Source of the DNA: Candidatus Helarchaeota archaeon
Lineage (GTDB): Archaea; Asgardarchaeota; Lokiarchaeia; Helarchaeales; RDOG01
NCBI GenBank assembly: GCA_019058315.1
Contig: JAHPZH010000006.1
Span: 107,052-139,051, forward strand
Direction: 5' to 3'
Length of the DNA stretch: 32,000 nucleotides
Below the pieces are notes generated by a model. The model saw only the letters and a program-made list of their open reading frames with translations. It made no database searches and was not told the DNA's origin. The translations under genes were made by a program, and so were the position numbers. Below, piece by piece: positions 8,818 to 17,817 of this stretch; the stretch's first letter is position 1; every line of letters begins with the position of its first letter.

Positions 8818-10368
8818 TTAAACACATGAAAAAATTATATTGCTTATATTCCCACCATAATCTTCATAAGTTGTTATATCACTTTCAGTAGGATTTACAT
8901 TATAATAAAGTGGGTTTGTATGCAAATAACTCAAGAATCTTTCGGGATTAATTTCTCTATAAGTCTCTGGATATTTTTTAAAGCGCCATTTCTTTTGCAA
9001 TGTAATTATTGACATATAATAAGCCCAGATCTGCTCACTGCTTAAAATAAGTTCGTTATTTTCATTAATTAATGAATATGGAGGTGGAAATATAGCTCTA
9101 TCAAAAAAATCCCAATTTTTAGTATTTAATTTAATTCCAAATTTTTCAGGATTAGAGAAAGGTTCTGTTCCAGGAGTAGGAATAAAAATAAAGCATATTG
9201 CGGTTTGAATTAAATCACTTTTATTTAAAAAATTTAGACATTTTAGATTATGTGTCATGGTTTCAACGTTTTCGCCTGGAAATCCAATCATCCAACTTGG
9301 GATTGAATTAATATTATGCTTCTTTACTTTTTTTAAAGCTTCATATTGAATATCCCACGAAGGTTTTCTCATATTTTTTAAAATTTTATCGGAAGCATTT
9401 TCTACTCCGATTGTAATAAAAGATTTTGGATGATCTGCTAGCATCTTGTTTATTAATTCTAAACGTTCATCATTTACTAAGTTTGCTCTCATCAGAACCA
9501 TCCCTAATGAATTATTAAAATTTAGTTCAGAGATTTCTTTAACTAATTCTTTAAAATTTTTTATTAAAGGTAAATTTGTATCTCCAAAATCAAAAAAGAC
9601 GTTATATTTTTCATTGAGCATTCTAATTTCATCAACGATAACATCAATAGATCTGAATCTTAATTTACGATTCCAAAAATGTGGATTTGCACAAAAAGTG
9701 CAATTATATGTACAACCCCTGCTACAATGAATTGAAAAATATAAGGGTTTTTTTAATTCGCTTTTTGGAATTAGATTAATGTTAATTCTTGGTAAATTTG
9801 CCAATTCCTCATCAGTTAATAAATTTCTATTAGGGTTTCTCTTCTTAGAATTAGTTGTACCTAATATGTTGGTGTAATCTTTTCCTTTAACTATCTTATT
9901 AACTAGTTCTAATGTTGTAAATTCTCCTTCACCTCTGACTACGACATCTAGAGCTCCATTAAATTCCTTTATGGTTTGAGTATCTAAAAAAGTAACATGT
10001 GGTCCACCAGCTATGGTAATAATCTCGGAATTAATATGTTTAAAAATCTGAAATGCTTTTTTCAAACCATTAATATATGGTGTATAAGCATATCCCCCTA
10101 CAATCTTTGGATCGTGTTTCTGAATTAAGAATTTAATTAAATCCGTTAGACTTTTTTTAGATTCGAAGTGAATGAAATCATAATAAGAAATTGCGTAACC
10201 CTCATGTTCTAGTAAAGATCCAATACTCATTATGCCATTAGGAATAGGTAAAAGTTTCATTTTACTTTGACTTGAAATTTTTTCAAAATATGTATAAACT
10301 AGGTCTAAAGAACGAATCATTGGTTTCACAGGAGGTAAAATAAAGAGAATATCTTTTTTTTCTGTCAT
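8818..10368 (-). CDS. B12-binding-domain radical SAM enzyme (substrate unknown)
   Basis: The CxxxCxxC cluster motif is in HCSRGCTYNCTFCANP. The preceding ~190 aa have a Rossmann-like layout (DILFILPP...GGYAYTP...IAGGPHVTF) typical of class B cobalamin-dependent radical SAM proteins. Confidence 0.8.
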   Translation of the reverse strand: MTEKKDILFILPPVKPMIRSLDLVYTYFEKISSQSKMKLLPIPNGIMSIGSLLEHEGYAISYYDFIHFESKKSLTDLIKFLIQKHDPKIVGGYAYTPYINGLKKAFQIFKHINSEIITIAGGPHVTFLDTQTIKEFNGALDVVVRGEGEFTTLELVNKIVKGKDYTNILGTTNSKKRNPNRNLLTDEELANLPRININLIPKSELKKPLYFSIHCSRGCTYNCTFCANPHFWNRKLRFRSIDVIVDEIRMLNEKYNVFFDFGDTNLPLIKNFKELVKEISELNFNNSLGMVLMRANLVNDERLELINKMLADHPKSFITIGVENASDKILKNMRKPSWDIQYEALKKVKKHNINSIPSWMIGFPGENVETMTHNLKCLNFLNKSDLIQTAICFIFIPTPGTEPFSNPEKFGIKLNTKNWDFFDRAIFPPPYSLINENNELILSSEQIWAYYMSIITLQKKWRFKKYPETYREINPERFLSYLHTNPLYYNVNPTESDITTYEDYGGNISNIIFSCV

Positions 10369-10550
10369 AAATCAAACCATTTGTATTTTTTTTTAAAATT
10401 CTTTAAATAATCTAAGAAATAATATAAAAACTACCAGTTTAACCCTACAAAATATAATGATAATGAAGTGACTTAAAAGAGAAAGAATTAATAATGATGT
10501 TAATAATAAATTATTAATTTTTACTTAATTGTGTAGAGTTGCTATATAAT

Positions 10551-10913
10551 ATGTCGTATGATGATTTAGTTAACAATATTATGGCGCAAAATCCGTCAAT
10601 TACGGCTATTGCTATCGAAAGTAACGGGGCAATCATTTATCAAACATCTAATTGGGATCTTTCGGGAGATATTTCATCGGTAATTGGTCTATGGAGCTCA
10701 AGTCAAGGTGGTGGATCACTCAATATTCAAGGAATTAAATATATTTGTTTAGAAGTAATCCCTGAACGTCTAATTGCTACAAATGTTCAAGGACAAGGAC
10801 ATATCGTAGCTTTTAAAGGAAATAGTGGGAATCGAATAATAACTTACGTAAGTCCCGATGGCGATGCACGAGGTGCTCTTGCAGTCTTAAACTCAATGGC
10901 TGCTTATATTTAA
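10551..10913 (+). CDS. Profilin (Asgard-type)
   Basis: About 120 aa with the profilin template: ITAIAIESNGAIIYQTSNW, SLNIQGIKYICLEV, NVQGQGHIVAFKG, IITYVSP, GALAVLNSMAAYI. ATG at 10551; the ORF track extends to a TTG at 10539. Confidence 0.75.
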   Translation: MSYDDLVNNIMAQNPSITAIAIESNGAIIYQTSNWDLSGDISSVIGLWSSSQGGGSLNIQGIKYICLEVIPERLIATNVQGQGHIVAFKGNSGNRIITYVSPDGDARGALAVLNSMAAYI

Positions 10914-11068
10914 TTTCAATTTTGTTATATTTTTTTATTTTCAACAAATTATTTAATAAAAAAATTTATTCTTACAATTTTTAATAATTTAGAATTATTT
11001 AATTTGAAAATAATTATTTATATTTTAAGAACACAAGATAACATTAGTAAGTTTTTAGGTTGGAAATT

Positions 11069-12013
11069 ATGAGCACTGATAGTAAATTCGTGATTATGTT
11101 AGAAATTACTAGTGGAGTTAGTGAAAGACTTCTATTTAATATGGAAAGTCTGAAAGATGATAATATTGTAGCAATAATGGATGAGATCCATGATGTAATA
11201 TGGTTATGGATGGGAAAAAACACAGGATTGGTTCAAAGAAGGGGATCTATGCGTGCAGCAAGAAGTTTAAAGGCTTATGGTCATGAAATAAGCCCTTATA
11301 TTGTTGGTAGAAAATTAAAAGATGTGTTAGATGTAAGAGGAGATTCTATTGAATCTGATGCGGAACAAAAACAAAGATTTGAACAAGTTTTAAATCTTTT
11401 TAATACCGAACATAATTTAAAATTCGAAGGCGTTCTTGCTGAATATACAGGTATTGGTGCAGGAGCATCTAATATTAAATATGGACTTACAACTGAACAA
11501 AGAAGCGAATTAGTAAAAGCGGCTCTTGCTGCACCAACTGCAGGAGATGATACCCGAAAAATTGAACAAATTGTTGGAGATTTTCGTCCGCCACCTCCAC
11601 CAGAATCAAGTACTGCAAAGGTTATCCCTAAATATCAAGAAAATGTATCTTCTGTTCCAATAAAAACAGCCCCCAAACCAGTTTCACCAACCCCTGCGAC
11701 CCCAACTAAGACAGTAACAATCCAACAAAGGGCCCCTATAGATGAAAACGTTTTAGGTGAAATTAAAGGGTCAATTTTAATAAATGCGATTTTAAGTAAA
11801 TTTAATGAACTTTTTGTAGGAGTCTCAAAAAGTCCTGATGGTTCAAAAACCTATAGCATAGAGGGTCCTAATGGTGAGACTTGTAAATTTAACATAAAAG
11901 GGTCTAATTTAAGTTTTTTGCCAGGATCTTGGGAGAAAATTGCTCCTAATATAAAACAAGAGATTCAAAAACTGTTTTTAGATCGTGTACAATTACTAAT
12001 TAAAAATAATTAA
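11069..12013 (+). CDS. Gelsolin/cofilin-fold domain protein with a proline-rich linker and a C-terminal domain of unknown function (1-domain gelsolin plus X architecture)
   Basis: The N-terminal ~100 aa fit the gelsolin repeat pattern: FVIMLEI...LFNMESLKDDNIVAIMDEIHDVIWLWMGKNTGLVQRRGSMRAARSLKAYG...RFEQVLNLF. A low-complexity linker follows, with PPPPP at 11588-11602 and a Pro/Thr/Ser-rich stretch. The last ~90 aa are mainly beta in character and have no recognised motif. Confidence 0.6.
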   Translation: MSTDSKFVIMLEITSGVSERLLFNMESLKDDNIVAIMDEIHDVIWLWMGKNTGLVQRRGSMRAARSLKAYGHEISPYIVGRKLKDVLDVRGDSIESDAEQKQRFEQVLNLFNTEHNLKFEGVLAEYTGIGAGASNIKYGLTTEQRSELVKAALAAPTAGDDTRKIEQIVGDFRPPPPPESSTAKVIPKYQENVSSVPIKTAPKPVSPTPATPTKTVTIQQRAPIDENVLGEIKGSILINAILSKFNELFVGVSKSPDGSKTYSIEGPNGETCKFNIKGSNLSFLPGSWEKIAPNIKQEIQKLFLDRVQLLIKNN

Positions 12014-12014
12014 A

Positions 12015-13787
12015 TTATTTTTTATTTTGATTTTGATACATTTGAATTAATTCATTTGTGGTTGTAGCATCTTCTGGATTTTTATCATATCTTATTTGTA
12101 AAAACCTTGGAAATCGAATAGATAAGCCTGAATTTTCTCTAAATTCTCCAAATGCTGCTGAATATGTAGGTGAAAGAGTTATTTCATCTCCCTTAATCTC
12201 AATTACGATATTAGGAGAAAAAAGCACATCAGGTTTTATTTCACTTGGTAATTCTACCCGAGGATCTTTTTCCTGAATTTTGAACGGATCTAGGAGTTCC
12301 ATAAAAGTTTTTAAGACCTCTTCAGTAAAACCAGATGCAATTTTACAAGTTGTTTTAAATAAATCTGTATCTTTATCATAAATTGCTCCAAATAAGGCTC
12401 CATAGAGCCCAGCCCATTTCCCACGTCCCATATTCCCCCCAACGACAACTAAATCAATTGAATCTCCTAGATTTTCTTGATATGAATGTTTAAATTTTAT
12501 CCACAAAAAGCCTCTTGCGCCTGCTTTGTAAATCGAATCTTTTTGTATTGATTTTGCTATAACTCCCTCACAACCATCTTTAATTGATTTATCAAAAAAC
12601 TCATGAAATGGGCTTGGAGAATCTACTATCAAGCTTTTAGCAGTAGATATACCATTGTTTTTTATCAATTTTTCTAAATTCTTTCTTCTTTCCAAATATG
12701 ATTCGTTTAAAAAGCTTTTTCCATTCAAAAATAATAAATCAAAAACGAATAATTTGACTTGATATTGCTCTTTGGCTTTATCAACATCATATTTTCTACG
12801 TCGATGCATTAATTCTTGAAATGGTTTAAACTTATTATTTGCTATATCATAAGCTACACATTCGCCCTCAATTATTAATTGATTAACATCGATGTCTTGG
12901 ATATATTCTCGAACATCAGGAAATTGTTCAGTTAATTTTTCGAGGTTTCTAGAATATAATACAATTTTTTCACCATCTTTATGAGCTTGTATTCGTATTC
13001 CATCATATTTATATTCCAGAGCACATTTCCCCCCCAATTTCTCTAAAATTTCTTCAGGTGTTGCCAATCTCTGTGCTAACATCATCCTAATAGGAGTTCC
13101 AATTTGGATTTTAATATTTTTAATAGCTAAAATACCCTTTTCCGCCAATTCTTTTGCTATATACCCTAAATCACAACGAACATTGTAAGCATTTTCAATT
13201 ATTTCTTTGTTTGCTTTTTCATCTGTGAAAGCAATAGCTAATGCTTCAATCATAGTCATTTCGGCAATTCCAACCCTAAGTTTTCCTTCTATTGTTCTAA
13301 TTATCCATTTAGCTTCCTTAGGAGAAGCATTACTAAGTAATGAAGCAAGAGACTTCATTTTACGTTCTTGAGACCCTGCTCCAGAATAGGTTCTCATGTT
13401 TTCAAATGTTGAATAAACTTGAGATATTGTTAATGGTTTTGGTTTAATAAGTGTCATTTGTTTTTTTCCTTTTAATGTCCCAACATAGGATCCTAAGTCA
13501 ATTGCTTTTTTTTCAGATGATAATCCACTTATTTTTTTTATTTGCCTTTCAATTTTTTTTACAGGAACCCCAAAAGATGTCGATATAGTTTTTATTGCCA
13601 ATTTTTCGGCCATGCCTATCTCTGGTTTTCCAATCCAACTCGGTTCTCCTAATGTTAAATAAATAATTATATCAATTAGTTCAGTTGGAGTTATTTTTAT
13701 TAAATCAACTAAATGGTCTATCATTTCTAACCTTTTAGTCGTATTTTCTAATTTTTCATATGTAGACACTAAGTCAAGGTATTTCAT
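12015..13787 (-). CDS. lig: ATP-dependent DNA ligase (Lig1 type)
   Basis: Motif I is EYKYDGIRIQAH (KxDG), followed by CEGVIAKS and LWIKFK. The N-terminus MKYLDLVSTYEKLENTTKRLEM is typical of archaeal ligases, so I prefer the ATG at 13787 over the TTG at 13799. Confidence 0.92.
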   Translation of the reverse strand: MKYLDLVSTYEKLENTTKRLEMIDHLVDLIKITPTELIDIIIYLTLGEPSWIGKPEIGMAEKLAIKTISTSFGVPVKKIERQIKKISGLSSEKKAIDLGSYVGTLKGKKQMTLIKPKPLTISQVYSTFENMRTYSGAGSQERKMKSLASLLSNASPKEAKWIIRTIEGKLRVGIAEMTMIEALAIAFTDEKANKEIIENAYNVRCDLGYIAKELAEKGILAIKNIKIQIGTPIRMMLAQRLATPEEILEKLGGKCALEYKYDGIRIQAHKDGEKIVLYSRNLEKLTEQFPDVREYIQDIDVNQLIIEGECVAYDIANNKFKPFQELMHRRRKYDVDKAKEQYQVKLFVFDLLFLNGKSFLNESYLERRKNLEKLIKNNGISTAKSLIVDSPSPFHEFFDKSIKDGCEGVIAKSIQKDSIYKAGARGFLWIKFKHSYQENLGDSIDLVVVGGNMGRGKWAGLYGALFGAIYDKDTDLFKTTCKIASGFTEEVLKTFMELLDPFKIQEKDPRVELPSEIKPDVLFSPNIVIEIKGDEITLSPTYSAAFGEFRENSGLSIRFPRFLQIRYDKNPEDATTTNELIQMYQNQNKK

Positions 13788-13801
13788 AAAAACACGCAAA
13801 A

Positions 13802-15064
13802 TTATTTATCTTGAAAGAAAAGACTTTGAATTTCTTTTAATGCAATTTTTTCGATAATTCTAGCAGAATAATTAGTATTTTTTGCTACATTTATAAGGTC
13901 ATCAAATTCGGGTTTTATTTGAATAATTTCTCCATTATTGTTTTTTACTATTTTTATTTTTATTTTCCATTTTTTATTATCTATATCAATTTTGATCTCT
14001 TTAATTTCTCGATTAAGAATAAATCTTTTACAAGGATAAACACGAACTCCTAAAGTTCCTGTTTCATTCATCAATATTTTTATTAACTCTTCTTGATTTA
14101 TTGAATTCGTAATAACTTTTATAATATGTCCTGGGCGATTTTTTTTAGTAATCATAGGAATTATACTTACATCCTTAGCATTACCTTCATCAATTAATTT
14201 TTTAATTGTATGACCAAGAATTTCACCTGAAACATCATCTATATTAGTTTCTAATACAATAATTTCATCAGTATCTGAAAATATTTCTTTTTGATAACCA
14301 GTTATAACCCTCATTATATTTGGAATATTGGAAAAGGTTTTTGAGCCAGCTCCATAACCTATAGATTTTATCTTCATATTAGGAAAGCTTGAAATTGATT
14401 TTATTTTTAAACTTGCTATAATTGCAGCTCCAGTAGGTGTAGTCAATTCTTCATTAATATCCCCACCAGTGATTTCAATATTATTTGAAGAAAGAATTTC
14501 TAATGTAGCAGGTGCGGGAGCTGATATTATACCATGAGAAAATTTAATCTTTCCACTACCAACTGCAACAGGTAATACAAACCAAGTTACATTATTAAAT
14601 AAATTTAAGCTTTCCAATGCTGTCGCTGATCCAATAGAATCAATTAATGTATCAGCTGAACCTGTTTCATGCAAATGTACTTTCTCTATAGTAGTATTAT
14701 GTACTTTAGCTTCAGTTTTTATCAAAGTCTTAACTATTGATAATGCATATTGTTTGGCCATATCTGTTAATTTTAAATTGTTTAAACATTTTTCAGTAAT
14801 TTTAATTAATTCAATTCCAGTTCGATGATATTTTTTTTCTGAAAATTTTATTTGAATTCTTTTTGCATGAAATTGCTCTATTTTATTATTATTTAAAGAT
14901 AGAGAAATATCTGAAACTCCTTCTAAATAGTCTGGTATAATTGATATATTATTCTGGATGGATTTAATATTGACCCCAAGATCTATTAAAGCACTTAGAA
15001 ATTTATCTCCTGATATTCCCGTAGTTTGACAGTCGATAATAGCGATATTTGGATTAGTCATCAA
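13802..15064 (-). CDS. larC: LarC-family nickel insertion protein (nickel-pincer nucleotide cofactor biosynthesis)
   Basis: The N-terminal IAIIDCQTTGISGDKFLSALIDLG signature of the DUF111/LarC family. 420 aa, a single unfused-frame polypeptide. Confidence 0.8.
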   Translation of the reverse strand: MMTNPNIAIIDCQTTGISGDKFLSALIDLGVNIKSIQNNISIIPDYLEGVSDISLSLNNNKIEQFHAKRIQIKFSEKKYHRTGIELIKITEKCLNNLKLTDMAKQYALSIVKTLIKTEAKVHNTTIEKVHLHETGSADTLIDSIGSATALESLNLFNNVTWFVLPVAVGSGKIKFSHGIISAPAPATLEILSSNNIEITGGDINEELTTPTGAAIIASLKIKSISSFPNMKIKSIGYGAGSKTFSNIPNIMRVITGYQKEIFSDTDEIIVLETNIDDVSGEILGHTIKKLIDEGNAKDVSIIPMITKKNRPGHIIKVITNSINQEELIKILMNETGTLGVRVYPCKRFILNREIKEIKIDIDNKKWKIKIKIVKNNNGEIIQIKPEFDDLINVAKNTNYSARIIEKIALKEIQSLFFQDK

Positions 15065-15074
15065 TATGAATCAC

Positions 15075-15887
15075 TTATTTATCTTTTAATTTATTTCTAA
15101 ATGAAGCTACACGATTTGCAATTTTTGCTGCCATAACTCCTGCTCCAAATCCATTATCTATATTAACTACTGCAATTGGAGAACAAGAACTTAGCATTGA
15201 ATTTAATGCACTAAACCCTTTCTCACTAACACCATAACCTATAGAAGTAGGAACTCCTATTACTGGAACATCTATAAGGGAGGAAACAACACCTGCTAAT
15301 AAACCTTCAAAACCCGCACAAACCACAACAACATCTACTTCTGCATCAATTAATTTCCTTAAAGGTGGAAAAATTCTATGTAAACCAGCAATACCTACAT
15401 CATATGAAGTAAATGTTGAACATCCCATAGACTTACAAATAATTTTAATTTCTTCAGCAATGGGAATATCTGAAGTACCAGCGGTAATTATCCCAATTTT
15501 ACCTCCTTTATCTTCAATTTGATATCCCTTTTTCTTTACTACTATTAATTTCGCTAATTCATGTACTTCAATTTCTAAGTCTTTTGGTAAAATATTTTGG
15601 ATTTCAATAGTATGTTCATTTGAAATTTTTGTCATTATAGAGAGATTTTTAGTTTGGGCAATTTTTATTGCAATTTGAGCTGCTTGTTTTGGATTTTTGC
15701 TTGCACTATAAACTATTTCTGGTATTCCAGTTCTAAGTTCCCTTTCCATATCTATATTAACAAAATCTTCTATACTAATTATTCTATTTGCTTTTAATAA
15801 TCTTTCAGCCTCATCAATTGAGATTTTCCCATTTTTAAAATCTTCTAAAATTTCTCTCGAAGTCTTCATTGTTCTTATTTTCTCCAT
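15075..15887 (-). CDS. larB: LarB-family (PurE-like) pyridinium-3,5-biscarboxylic acid mononucleotide synthase
   Basis: PurE-like core KIGIITAGTSDIPIAEE...VVVVCAGFEGLLAGVV...PVIGVPTSIGYG. Located 10 nt upstream of larC. Confidence 0.8.
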   Translation of the reverse strand: MEKIRTMKTSREILEDFKNGKISIDEAERLLKANRIISIEDFVNIDMERELRTGIPEIVYSASKNPKQAAQIAIKIAQTKNLSIMTKISNEHTIEIQNILPKDLEIEVHELAKLIVVKKKGYQIEDKGGKIGIITAGTSDIPIAEEIKIICKSMGCSTFTSYDVGIAGLHRIFPPLRKLIDAEVDVVVVCAGFEGLLAGVVSSLIDVPVIGVPTSIGYGVSEKGFSALNSMLSSCSPIAVVNIDNGFGAGVMAAKIANRVASFRNKLKDK

Positions 15888-16026
15888 TTTTAAGTTTTAA
15901 TTGTTATAAAATCTCAAATAAATTTCTTATTTAATACTTTAGAAGTAAATTAAAATAATAAATTTCTAATTTTGTTTATATTAATTGAGCGTAGATTTTC
16001 GCATTATGTTATTAAATATTTAAATT

Positions 16027-16485
16027 CTAGTGATTATGTTTATGTTTAAAAACTCTTTTTTTCTCTTCTGATAATAATGGCATAAAAATCTTTTTAATGG
16101 ATTTTATTTCTGGTCGTTTTTCTAATTCTTCACTCAAAGTGTCTATTGATTGTCCTTGCCCTCGAACAGCCATAACCAACATACAGTTTTCTCCGTCTAA
16201 ATGGATATGTAAAGTTGCATCTATTACATCATAATATTGATGTTGAATTTCGGTTAATTCATCCATAACTCCAGGTCTTTCTTCATGATTTAATATACAA
16301 GTGATTGAACCAGCTTTTAAATTTCCTCCTTCTGCCAATTCTACACTTTTTTCCTCTATATAATCCCTCATAATCTTTCTAATTGTGTCTGATCTCGACA
16401 TGTCCTTTTTTTTAATTATTTCATCAAACTCATTTAACAAAGTTTCTGGTAAAGAAACCGTAAATCGTTGATATTTTTTTTTCAA
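16027..16485 (-). CDS. nikR: Nickel-responsive transcriptional regulator NikR (ribbon-helix-helix plus metal-binding domain)
   Basis: The N-terminal RHH is RFTVSLPETLLNEFDEII...RSDTIRKIMRDYI. The C-terminal domain has the H-x-H-x5-C nickel site pattern (LHIHLDGENC) and a His-rich tail HKHNH. Confidence 0.8.
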   Translation of the reverse strand: MKKKYQRFTVSLPETLLNEFDEIIKKKDMSRSDTIRKIMRDYIEEKSVELAEGGNLKAGSITCILNHEERPGVMDELTEIQHQYYDVIDATLHIHLDGENCMLVMAVRGQGQSIDTLSEELEKRPEIKSIKKIFMPLLSEEKKRVFKHKHNH

Positions 16486-16528
16486 ATCATTTTCCTCCCA
16501 AATTGTTCAAATTTTTTAATAAAATAAA

Positions 16529-17251
16529 TTATTTCAAGCATAATACCGCAACAGGTGTGGATGCTTTTCTCCATTGTGCCATCTTTGAATCTGGGTCATA
16601 AGACATGGATATTTCTTTTCTTCCATGATTTCCTACTATCATTATAAGAGAATTTGGTGCTGCTTGTTTATACATACTCAACATCCACTTATCTGTCCTA
16701 TGGATTAATCTTTTAATTAAGTTCTCAGGAGGACCACGTTTATAAATTGGATTTTGATATAAATTTTCGAAATCTAGGAAATGTATCCATTGAAAATCAA
16801 ATCTATTCAAATATTTGGAAGCAGATACCCACGTATTTGTATCCATCTTAGTGGGAATAACTTTTGATGTTCCTGCATAAGTTATAAGATCTTCTTGTCT
16901 ACCAATCATTAGAGTTGTTTTGGAATTTTGATTTAAATATGACATAAGATTAAAATCTTTATTTTGAAGATCTCCATGAAAAATTTGGTGTAAAACCTCA
17001 TTAGCAAGAGGTTGCTCAGTTTCTAATAATATTAAAGCTTTAGATTGACTTATGACAAATTCGGGTTTGTGAACCACAATCTCAAATAATCCAAAGTTAT
17101 CTAACATTATCAAAATAATACGTTCTATTGGGGGAGTCTTCATTTGAATGGGTTCAGGTAAATTATTTGGAATTGTGATGCCAAATAAGTGTAAAATAGT
17201 TGAAGTTAGTGCTGGCATTGGTGCATTAATTGATGGTAAATCATCACTCAA
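16529..17251 (-). CDS. Hypothetical protein, possibly a divergent alkaline-phosphatase-superfamily (type I phosphodiesterase-like) fold
   Basis: A 240-aa ORF. Weak resemblances only: ILIMLDNFG, IHFLDFENLY, MIVGNHG. Usual metal ligands appear partly substituted, so the family assignment is tentative. Confidence 0.35.
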   Translation of the reverse strand: MSDDLPSINAPMPALTSTILHLFGITIPNNLPEPIQMKTPPIERIILIMLDNFGLFEIVVHKPEFVISQSKALILLETEQPLANEVLHQIFHGDLQNKDFNLMSYLNQNSKTTLMIGRQEDLITYAGTSKVIPTKMDTNTWVSASKYLNRFDFQWIHFLDFENLYQNPIYKRGPPENLIKRLIHRTDKWMLSMYKQAAPNSLIMIVGNHGRKEISMSYDPDSKMAQWRKASTPVAVLCLK

Positions 17252-17414
17252 GATTAAATCAAACCCTTTTAATCTTTCTTTATTAACTATATTTTGAGAT
17301 TATTTGTTCCTTATTTATTTTTTTAAAAATATATTTTTTGTGTAATAAGAAAAAAAAGATATTTTAAAGTATTAAGCAAAATAATACAGAATAATCATAT
17401 TTTAATGAGTAAAA

Positions 17415-17540
17415 TGGAGCCTCAGCCGGGGAACGATCCCGGGACCTTTGCCTTTCTGGCAGATATTATTACCAGGGCAACGCTTTACCGTTGAAATTTT
17501 CAGATCGGCATGATTTTTCTACCAACTGAGCTACTGAGGC
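17415..17540 (-). tRNA. tRNA-Thr(GGU) with two introns (about 34 nt in the D-arm, 16 nt at 37/38); CCA encoded
   Basis: The reverse complement reads GCCTCAG-TA-GCTC-AGTTGGTA-GA[~34 nt]GC-G-TTGCC-CTGGTA[16 nt]A-GGCAA-AGGTC-CCGGG-ATCGTTC-CCCGG-CTGAGGC-T-CCA. The anticodon intron (17469-17454) sits in a BHB with central helix CTGG/CCAG and bulges TAA/AAA. Confidence 0.8.
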
Positions 17541-17550
17541 GTAAATTTAA

Positions 17551-17707
17551 TGGTGCGGGGGATGGGAGTTTCACCAAAATATATAATATTTCGGATTCGA
17601 ACCCATGAACTCCTACGAGACAGGATCTTAAGTCCTGCGCCGTTCGGCACGTTTGTATGACCCCATACAAGTTGTCTCTTTTGTTTTACCAGCTTGGCTA
17701 CCCCCGC
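17551..17707 (-). tRNA. tRNA-Leu(UAA) with two introns (about 40 nt in the D-loop, 28 nt in the T-loop); CCA encoded
   Basis: The reverse complement reads GCGGGGG-TA-GCC-AAGCTGGT..[~40 nt]..GGC-G-CAGGA-CTTAAGA-TCCTG-TCTCGTAGGAGTTC (long variable arm)-ATGGG-TTCGAA[28 nt, 17595-17568]T-CCCAT-CCCCCGC-A-CCA. Confidence 0.8.
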
Positions 17708-17817
17708 AAGGGTATTTTATAATATTTATTTTTAGTTTACAAACTATATTCTTTTCTAAATTGATTACTCAATATAATTTTTAATGAGATTTTCATATTT
17801 AAGATTTAGAATTAAAG

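Noticed and set aside
8487-8825. 112-aa minus-strand ORF overlapping rpl2.
   Set aside because: It is antisense to an unmistakable uL2 coding frame.
9446-9730. 94-aa plus-strand ORF inside the radical SAM gene.
   Set aside because: It is an antisense shadow ORF with no motifs.
12058-12276. 72-aa plus-strand ORF inside the DNA ligase gene.
   Set aside because: It is an antisense shadow ORF.
13788-13799. TTG-initiated 4-codon extension of DNA ligase.
   Set aside because: The ATG at 13787 yields the conserved archaeal ligase N-terminus MKYLDL...EKLE.TT.RLE.
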